Below, one piece after another: positions 27,475 through 33,718 of a stretch of DNA of 33,718 nt. Source of the stretch: Bacteroidota bacterium (GTDB lineage Bacteria; Bacteroidota; Bacteroidia; 2-12-FULL-35-15). The translations under genes and the position numbers were made by a program. Where the stretch lies: positions 1-33,718 of the forward strand of contig JAPLDC010000098.1 of NCBI GenBank assembly GCA_026391935.1, written 5' to 3'. Under the pieces are notes generated by a model. The model was not told the origin of the DNA, searched no databases, and was given only the letters and a program-made list of their open reading frames with translations. How positions within the stretch are numbered: the first letter of the stretch is position 1; the number at the start of each line of letters is the position of its first letter.

Positions 27475-28476
27475 ATGAAAATAATTATTCCAATGGCAGG
27501 AATGGGCAAAAGGATGCGCCCACACACACTAACCACACCAAAACCGCTTATCCCAATTGCAGGAAAACCTATGGTTCAACGCATTGTTGAAGATATAATT
27601 AAGGTGTGTGACGAAAAGGTTGATGAAATAGCTTTTGTTGTTGGTCGTTTTGGTAAAGAAGCCGAAGAAAACTTAGTAAAGGTTGCGGAAAGCCTGGGTG
27701 CAAAAGGAAGTATTTATTACCAGGACACTCCACTTGGAACAGCCCACGCCATTATGTGCGCAAAAGAATGTGTTACCGGAAAAGTGGTGGTTGCCTTTGC
27801 AGACACGCTTTTTAAAGCTGATTTTAAAATGGACTCTTCCCAGGAAGGAATTATCTGGGTGCAAAAAGTAGAAGACCCGAAGCCTTTCGGAGTTGTAAAA
27901 CTTGATGCGAACAACACCATTACCGACTTTGTTGAAAAACCACAGGAGTATGTTTCCGACCTCGCAATAATTGGAATTTACTACTTCAAAGATGGTAATT
28001 ATCTGAGAAATGAATTACAATATTTGTTAGACAACGACATCAAGGAAAAAGGTGAATACCAACTCACAAACGCCTTGGAAAACATGAAGGCCAAAGGAAC
28101 AAAATTCACCCCCGGCAAAGTTACAGAGTGGCTGGATTGCGGAAACAAGGATGCTACAGTTTACACCAATCAACGTATTTTAGAATTTATTAAAGACTCT
28201 GAAACAATTTCTAAATCTCACAAAAACACCAATTCAAAAATAATTGAACCTTGTTTTATCGGTGAAAACGTTCAATTAATAAACTCCACAGTTGGTCCAT
28301 ACGCATCGATTGGAAAGGATTCTATTATCGAAAACTCGGTTATAAAAAACAGTATCGTTCAAACAAATAGTAAAATTTTAAACGCTGAACTTAGCAACTC
28401 AATGATTGGAAATTTTGCTGAATACACTGGGAAATCAACAGATCTGAGTCTTGGTGATTACTGTACAGTTAGATAA
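27475..28476 (+). CDS. Sugar-phosphate nucleotidyltransferase family protein
   Basis: 333-aa ORF with the NTP_transferase N-terminus IIPMAGMGKRMRPHTLTTPKPLIPIAGKPM and GTAHA. The C-terminal region is hexapeptide-like (left-handed beta-helix type). Confidence 0.88.
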   Translation: MKIIIPMAGMGKRMRPHTLTTPKPLIPIAGKPMVQRIVEDIIKVCDEKVDEIAFVVGRFGKEAEENLVKVAESLGAKGSIYYQDTPLGTAHAIMCAKECVTGKVVVAFADTLFKADFKMDSSQEGIIWVQKVEDPKPFGVVKLDANNTITDFVEKPQEYVSDLAIIGIYYFKDGNYLRNELQYLLDNDIKEKGEYQLTNALENMKAKGTKFTPGKVTEWLDCGNKDATVYTNQRILEFIKDSETISKSHKNTNSKIIEPCFIGENVQLINSTVGPYASIGKDSIIENSVIKNSIVQTNSKILNAELSNSMIGNFAEYTGKSTDLSLGDYCTVR

Positions 28477-28485
28477 AACAATGTT

Positions 28486-30249
28486 TTGACGCAGACAAGC
28501 AACTCTTTGGTTTTCCCGTTTCATAGATACAAGTTTTTGTATGTGTTGTTGTTTTTATTTTTTATTTTTTCATGTAAAACATCCCAAAAAAGTTCAGAAA
28601 AAGTTTCAAGTAAAGGGCTCTCAGACAAGGATGTTGTTCAGTTCAAATACCTCTTTTTTAATGCCAACAAAGAGTGGATCCTGGAAAATTACGACATGGC
28701 AGAAACACTGTTTTCCCAGGCCCTGAAAATCGACCCCAATAGTGCGGCAACCATGTATGGCCTGGCCCACATATACTCCTTTCAAAACAACAAGAGCCAG
28801 GCACTGCTTTATAGCAAACAAGCCGCGGCCATCGACCCAAAGAACATTTGGTACCAGCTGCTATACATTAGCTGCCTGAAAGAGAACAAAATGTTCAATG
28901 AAATGGCCGCAGTATATGAACGATTAATAAAAGACAATCCACAAAACTTTGACTTTTATTATGAGCTCGCAAATGTTTATTTATTTATCAATAAACCGGC
29001 CGAGGCCATTAAGGTCTATAATAAAATTGAGGAGTCAATAGGCGTAACGGAAGAGGCTTCAATGCAAAAGTTGAAAATTTATAAAACTGGTAACAACTTT
29101 GAAAAGGCCGTTGACGAAGCAAAAAAATTAATAAAAGCGTTTCCAAAAGATGCAAAATATTACGGTATTCTTGGAGAGTTGTATCAGGATAAAGGCCAAA
29201 ACGAAAAAGCGTTTGAAACATATTCAGAATTAATAAAGATTGACTCTACCAACGCATACGTTCACCTTTCTTTGGCTGATTATTACAGAACGTTAAAACA
29301 AAACGATAAGGCTTTTAATGAAATAAAAATAGCTTTTAATAGTAAAGATCTAAACATCGACACCAAAGTAAAAATCCTTTTGTCGTATTACGATATCACA
29401 GAAAACTACCCCGAATTGAAATCTGACGCGGATGAGCTGTGTAAAATTATTGTGGCTATTCACCCAGAAGAGGCCAAATCTTTTGCTATTTATGGCGACT
29501 TTTTATACCGTGATAAAAAATATGATCTGGCCAGAACGCAATATAGAAAAGCAATTTCACTGGATAAAGAAAAGTATGCTTTATGGAATCAACTTCTGAT
29601 AATCGAATCGGAACTAAATGATTTCAATTCCATGCAAAAAGAAAGCAAAGAGGCAATGGAGCTTTTTCCAAACCAACCCCTTCCCTATTTTTTCAATGCC
29701 GTTTCAAACTATCAATTGAAAAACTACGAAGAAGTTGTATCGGTATTAACAGAAGGAAAAGAATTTGTTTTTGACAACAATCTTTTATTATCTCAATTTT
29801 ACGAGAACCTCGGTGATGCACAAAATCAATTAAAAAAGTATGAAGAGTCAGATGCTGCATATGAAAAATCAATTGAGCTCGATCCTTCAAATGCAAGCGT
29901 TTTAAATAACTACGCATACTACTTATCCTTGCGCAACAAAAACTTAGAAAAAGCAGAAGAGTTATCAAAAAAAAGCAACATGCTTGCAACTAACAACAGT
30001 TCTTATCAAGACACATACGGCTGGATCTTATATCAAATGAAAAAATATGATGATGCAAAAATGTGGATAGGAAAAGCATTGGAAAGTGGCGGCAAGAGCA
30101 ACGGTACGCTTCTAGAACATTATGGAGATGTTTTGTATCAACTTGGAGATATTGATAACGCACTAAAACATTGGATAGAAGCAAAAAAGGTTGGCGAAAA
30201 TTCAATCCTACTCGACAAAAAAATAGCAGACAAAAAATTGTATGAATAA
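28486..30249 (+). CDS. TPR-repeat lipoprotein
   Basis: 587-aa ORF with a TTG start and a lipoprotein-type signal (LLFLFFIFSC). TPR motifs run throughout, e.g. AETLFSQALKIDPNSA, AIKVYNKIEE, AFETYSELIKIDSTNA and ALKHWIEAKKVG. Confidence 0.85.
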   Translation: MTQTSNSLVFPFHRYKFLYVLLFLFFIFSCKTSQKSSEKVSSKGLSDKDVVQFKYLFFNANKEWILENYDMAETLFSQALKIDPNSAATMYGLAHIYSFQNNKSQALLYSKQAAAIDPKNIWYQLLYISCLKENKMFNEMAAVYERLIKDNPQNFDFYYELANVYLFINKPAEAIKVYNKIEESIGVTEEASMQKLKIYKTGNNFEKAVDEAKKLIKAFPKDAKYYGILGELYQDKGQNEKAFETYSELIKIDSTNAYVHLSLADYYRTLKQNDKAFNEIKIAFNSKDLNIDTKVKILLSYYDITENYPELKSDADELCKIIVAIHPEEAKSFAIYGDFLYRDKKYDLARTQYRKAISLDKEKYALWNQLLIIESELNDFNSMQKESKEAMELFPNQPLPYFFNAVSNYQLKNYEEVVSVLTEGKEFVFDNNLLLSQFYENLGDAQNQLKKYEESDAAYEKSIELDPSNASVLNNYAYYLSLRNKNLEKAEELSKKSNMLATNNSSYQDTYGWILYQMKKYDDAKMWIGKALESGGKSNGTLLEHYGDVLYQLGDIDNALKHWIEAKKVGENSILLDKKIADKKLYE

Positions 30250-31120
30250 AATATTGTTTTTGTTTTCTTCTGAAATACTCAAATCAACTCTTCGATATAC
30301 TATCGTTTTGTTTTTAGCTTCGTCTACTCTATATTCTTGTAAAACTCACAAAAAGATCACACTTAATAATGGGAGATGTTTACTTGATTTTAAAAACGCA
30401 CGCACACTTTCAAATAATTTAAAAGCGAATGAATTCAGGTTTGATCGCCTGAATGCAAAACTTACTGTTGACTCTGAAATAGACAGCACTACCGCTTCAT
30501 TTACTGTTTCTCTCCGAATGAAAAAAGACAGTATTATTTGGATGTCAATTTCAAAATTGGGTATCGAAGGCGCAAGGCTTCTCATTACAAAAGACTCTGT
30601 GAAACTACTTAACAGAATTAAAAACACATATTTTATTGGCGACTTCGCATACATCAGCAAATTACTTAGCACCGATTTGGATTTTGAGATGTTGCAATCT
30701 CTCTTGATTGGAAACAGTGTTGAGTTTTACGATGAAGATGAAAAAATAAAACCTGGTGTAGACAACTGTCAGTATACGCTGGGCACAATAAGAAAAAACA
30801 AGCTTCGAAAAGTAATGGAAAAAGGAAAAGAACTGAAAGAGCCTGCACAAAGTATTTATTTGATTCCGGAAACCTTCAAGATATCTCGCATCCTGTTTTA
30901 TGAGTTTAGCCCCGACAGAAGTTTTGATGCTGTTTTCAGCGACTACGAGCTTAAAGACTCTGTTCAGCTTTTTCCTATGAAGATGAAATATACTATTATG
31001 GCACAGAAATCCGTTAAGATAGACATCGCCTACAATAAAATAATTTTAAACGAAGAACAAACGTTCCCTTTTAAAGTACCAGAAAACTATGAGCCGATAT
31101 CAATTAAAGAAAAAAAATAG
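30242..31120 (+). CDS. DUF4292-like (LolB-fold) outer-membrane lipoprotein
   Basis: 292-aa ORF with a lipobox (FLASSTLYSC). FDRLNAKLTV...SLRMKKDSIIWMSIS..GIEGARLLITKDSV...DFEMLQSLLIGN matches my recollection of the DUF4292 family. The start overlaps the upstream stop by 8 nt. Confidence 0.78.
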   Translation: MNKILFLFSSEILKSTLRYTIVLFLASSTLYSCKTHKKITLNNGRCLLDFKNARTLSNNLKANEFRFDRLNAKLTVDSEIDSTTASFTVSLRMKKDSIIWMSISKLGIEGARLLITKDSVKLLNRIKNTYFIGDFAYISKLLSTDLDFEMLQSLLIGNSVEFYDEDEKIKPGVDNCQYTLGTIRKNKLRKVMEKGKELKEPAQSIYLIPETFKISRILFYEFSPDRSFDAVFSDYELKDSVQLFPMKMKYTIMAQKSVKIDIAYNKIILNEEQTFPFKVPENYEPISIKEKK

Positions 31121-32345
31121 TTCGTTTTTATTTCTTTTTCTTTTGCTTTTTGCGTTAATAAATGCGGGTGCCTCCTTTGCTCAAAAACAAACTAAAAAGG
31201 ATCTTGAAAAGAAAAAACAACAGCTCCAAAAAGAAATTGAAGACACAAACCAATTGCTTGCAGAAACAAAAAAAAATAAAAAACTTTCGCTGAACCAACT
31301 TGTTATGCTGAACAAAAAGATCAGCGTGAGAGAGGAGTTAATTTCAACGATAAACAATGAAATAGGAGAACTTAATCACCAGATAAAAGAGAACAACGAA
31401 TCCATTAATGGCTTACAAAAAGACCTCACAAAATTAAAAGCGGAGTACGCAAAAATGATTTATTATGCCTACAAAAACCAGGATTCGTATAGCCGTTTAA
31501 TGTTTGTTTTCGCATCCTCTGATTTTGAACAGGCGTATATGAGGCTCAAATACTTACAACAATACAGCGATTACCGACACAAACAAGCAGAAAGAATCAT
31601 CCAAACGAAAAAAAACTTGAACGAAAAGGTGCAGGATCTGGAAGCAAAAAAATCGGATCAGCGCGTTTTGTTGGGTAGCCAAGAGTCCGAAAAACAAAAC
31701 CTGACCTCAGAAAAAACAGAAAAAGAACAAGTGTTTTCTGGTCTCCAACAGCAAGAAAGTAAATTGAAGAAGGACCTGGAAAAGAAAAAACAAGATGCTC
31801 AAAAATTACAACAAGCTATTCAAAGAGTAATAGAAAAAGAATTAGAAAAAGCGCAAGCGCAAGCTGTAAAAGAAAACAAACCGAAACCACAAAAGCTTGT
31901 CCTTACACCAGAATCGCAACAGTTATCAAATTCATTTTCTAGCAACAAAAGTAAGCTGCCATGGCCGGTTGCAAAGGGTGTCATAAGCGAACATTTTGGT
32001 GTTCACCCACACCCACTGATGGCAAACATTGATATTAATAATAACGGTGTCGATATTACAACAAATAGCGGCTCTTTGGCCCGTGCTGTTTTTGAAGGAG
32101 AAGTGAAAGCTGTTGTAAATATGCCCGGAGCTGGCCAATTTGTTCTTTTGAGACATGGAGAGTTTTTAACAATTTATTCCAATTTAAAAGACGTGTATGT
32201 AAAAGTTGGCGACAAGGTGACCACAAAACAAAATATAGGATCTGTTCTGCTGGATGAGGAGGATGCAAAAACTGTTATGCATTTTGAGGTATGGAAAGGA
32301 CAAACCAAATTAAACCCGGAAGATTGGTTATATAAGAATAATTAG
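31089..32345 (+). CDS. EnvC-like murein hydrolase activator (coiled coil plus degenerate LytM/M23 domain)
   Basis: 418-aa ORF with a signal peptide (FLFLLLFALINAGASFAQ) and about 230 aa of Q/K/E-rich coiled coil. In the C-terminal LytM domain the Zn ligands are not conserved: NNGVDI replaces HxxxD and VMHFE replaces HxHFE. Confidence 0.9.
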   Translation: MSRYQLKKKNSSFLFLFLLLFALINAGASFAQKQTKKDLEKKKQQLQKEIEDTNQLLAETKKNKKLSLNQLVMLNKKISVREELISTINNEIGELNHQIKENNESINGLQKDLTKLKAEYAKMIYYAYKNQDSYSRLMFVFASSDFEQAYMRLKYLQQYSDYRHKQAERIIQTKKNLNEKVQDLEAKKSDQRVLLGSQESEKQNLTSEKTEKEQVFSGLQQQESKLKKDLEKKKQDAQKLQQAIQRVIEKELEKAQAQAVKENKPKPQKLVLTPESQQLSNSFSSNKSKLPWPVAKGVISEHFGVHPHPLMANIDINNNGVDITTNSGSLARAVFEGEVKAVVNMPGAGQFVLLRHGEFLTIYSNLKDVYVKVGDKVTTKQNIGSVLLDEEDAKTVMHFEVWKGQTKLNPEDWLYKNN

Positions 32346-32353
32346 GAAACATA

Positions 32354-32370
32354 TATTTTTGTATCTTTGC
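32354..32370 (+). promoter_or_regulatory. Tandem -7 boxes (TAnnTTTG) upstream of tatA
   Basis: TATTTTTG (32354-32361) and TATCTTTG (32363-32370) both fit the Bacteroidota -7 consensus, 25-41 nt upstream of the tatA ATG. I found no clean -33 TTG at canonical spacing. Confidence 0.45.
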
Positions 32371-32394
32371 ACTCTATTTTAAAAACAATCAAAC

Positions 32395-32589
32395 ATGTTA
32401 AATAGTGTATTTCTTATTTTGGGGCTTGGTAGCTCAGAAATGATAGTGGTTTTGATAATTGTTTTATTACTTTTTGGTGGTAAAAAAATTCCTGAATTAA
32501 TGAAGGGCCTTGGAAAAGGTGTCAAAGAATTTAAGGATGCTTCTAAAGGTGAAGACTCTAGCAATCCTCCTGTAGATAAAAAAGATTAA
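32395..32589 (+). CDS. tatA: Twin-arginine translocase subunit TatA/TatE
   Basis: 64-aa [43 protein letters not shown] is the canonical TatA TM helix plus amphipathic helix. An alternative TTG start lies at 32419. Confidence 0.93.
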   Translation: MLNSVFLILGLGSSEMIVVLIIVLLLFGGKKIPELMKGLGKGVKEFKDASKGEDSSNPPVDKKD

Positions 32590-32612
32590 TTTTTTATTTT
32601 AAAAAGCCTCTT

Positions 32613-32638
32613 CCTCTTCCTGACAGAAGAGGTTTTTC
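32613..32638 (+). terminator. Rho-independent terminator after tatA
   Basis: CCTCTTC (32613-32619) pairs with GAAGAGG (32626-32632) across a 6-nt loop, followed by TTTTT. A duplicated CCTCTT just upstream offers an alternative pairing register. Confidence 0.75.
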
Positions 32639-32660
32639 TATTTATTATTTTCCTCAATCT

Positions 32661-33718
32661 GTGAAGACCTACACCTCTTTTGCTGAAATAAAATCTGATC
32701 TATTAGAAGGCACAATTACGTGTGTTTCACTCACCGAATCTTATATTCGACATATTAATTCTAATAAAAATTTAAACATTTTTTTGGAAATTTTTGATGT
32801 TTCCGCATTAGAAAAAGCAAAACTTGTTGACGAAAAAATAAGATCAAAAACCGCTGGAAAGTTAGCCGGAATGGTGATTGCATTAAAAGATAATTTATGT
32901 TATAAGGGCCATAAAGTTTCTGCTTCATCAAAAATATTGGATGGTTTTGAATCACTTTATAACGCAACCGTTGTTGAGCGGCTTCTTGCTGAAGATGCTA
33001 TTATCATTGGACGTTGCAATTGCGACGAGTTTGCAATGGGAAGTTCAAACGAAACCTCTGCATTCGGAAGCGTATTAAATCCATTAGATATAAATCGGGT
33101 TCCCGGAGGCTCTTCAGGAGGTTCTGCAGCAGCAGTTGCAGCAAACATGTGCATCGCTGCATTAGGAACAGACACCGGAGGCTCTATCCGTCAACCGGCG
33201 TCTTTTTGCGGAGTAGTTGGCTACAAACCTACCTATGGGAGGGTTTCTCGTTATGGAGCAATTGCATACGCCTCTTCTTTTGATCAAATCGGCCCAATCA
33301 CCAAAACTGTGGAAGACACGGCTTTAATCATGGAGGTTATTGCAGGTAAAGATGAATATGATAGCACGGCTTCTTCTTTGCCGGTAAGTGAATATTCGAA
33401 AGAGTTAAAAAATGTTTCTACAAAAATTCGTATTGCCTACATAAAAGATTGTTTAGAAAATCCAGGACTAGACCCCGAAATAAATACACGCATCAACGAA
33501 ATAATTGGCAAACTTAAAGAAAAGGGACATGTTGTGGAGGCCGTAGATTTTCCATATTTAGATTATTTGGTTCCAACCTATTATGTTTTAACAACCGCAG
33601 AAGCATCTTCTAACCTTGCGCGTTATGACGGTATCAATTATGGCTACCGAAGTATAAACGCAACCGACCTGGAATCAACATACAAAAAATCCCGAACAGA
33701 AGGTTTTGGAGAGGAAGT
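32661..33718 (+). CDS. gatA: Asp-tRNA(Asn)/Glu-tRNA(Gln) amidotransferase subunit A, 5' part (runs off the window)
   Basis: This frame is open from GTG 32661 to the window end and is absent from the ORF track because it has no stop. Supporting motifs are LAGMVIALKDNLC, SSKILDGFESLYNATVVERL, CDEFAMGSSNETSAFG and the amidase signature VPGGSSGGSAAAVAA...GTDTGGSIRQPASFCGVVGYKPTYGRVSRYG. Confidence 0.93.
   Translation, partial: MKTYTSFAEIKSDLLEGTITCVSLTESYIRHINSNKNLNIFLEIFDVSALEKAKLVDEKIRSKTAGKLAGMVIALKDNLCYKGHKVSASSKILDGFESLYNATVVERLLAEDAIIIGRCNCDEFAMGSSNETSAFGSVLNPLDINRVPGGSSGGSAAAVAANMCIAALGTDTGGSIRQPASFCGVVGYKPTYGRVSRYGAIAYASSFDQIGPITKTVEDTALIMEVIAGKDEYDSTASSLPVSEYSKELKNVSTKIRIAYIKDCLENPGLDPEINTRINEIIGKLKEKGHVVEAVDFPYLDYLVPTYYVLTTAEASSNLARYDGINYGYRSINATDLESTYKKSRTEGFGEE

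Noticed and set aside
1-33718. Looked for CRISPR repeats, IS or transposase and integrase genes, long direct or inverted repeats, and canonical defence-system genes
   Set aside because: I found none by eye. The intergenic space is minimal and every long ORF is accounted for by envelope, signalling or housekeeping functions. A computational repeat and HMM scan would be needed to exclude short or degenerate elements.

Overview
This is a 33.7-kb, low-GC, gene-dense chromosomal segment that reads as Bacteroidota. The evidence for that is T9SS type-B C-terminal domains, a PorP/SprF gene and TAnnTTTG -7 promoter boxes. I support 22 protein-coding loci, one of which (RNase R) is broken into two ORFs. 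I see no rRNA, tRNA, CRISPR array, transposase, integrase or recognisable defence island.

Left end: a minus-strand ECF sigma factor is followed by a membrane-anchored PKD protein carrying a T9SS C-terminal domain (candidate anti-sigma). A strong hairpin terminator lies about 185 nt downstream. Divergent from this pair is an RNase R gene with an internal out-of-frame deletion, followed by a secreted WG-repeat protein.

Centre: a 12.8-kb minus-strand block (18463 down to 5699) holds six tightly spaced genes. In order they are a 1187-aa SBBP/PKD type-B T9SS cargo, PorP/SprF, a TPR/PD40/OmpA-like protein, a signal-less MORN-variant repeat protein, a cytoplasmic 8xPAS HisKA_2 kinase and a LytTR response regulator. 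A consensus-type Bacteroidota promoter and a bidirectional terminator frame the block.

Right: a TMTC/PMT-like TPR membrane protein and a divergent 1235-aa polytopic NtrY-like kinase are followed by housekeeping genes. These are a B12-binding mutase subunit, crotonase, Wzx-like flippase, dut, a sugar nucleotidyltransferase, a TPR lipoprotein, a DUF4292/LolB-like lipoprotein, an EnvC-like degenerate M23 protein, tatA and the 5' part of gatA.

Best candidates for something undescribed:
- the T9SS cargo module physically coupled to a MORN protein and a soluble multi-PAS kinase/LytTR pair;
- the ECF sigma partnered with an inner-membrane-anchored protein that ends in a T9SS type-B CTD;
- the disrupted RNase R.

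All functional links are inference from gene order and domain content. None is demonstrated by the sequence alone.
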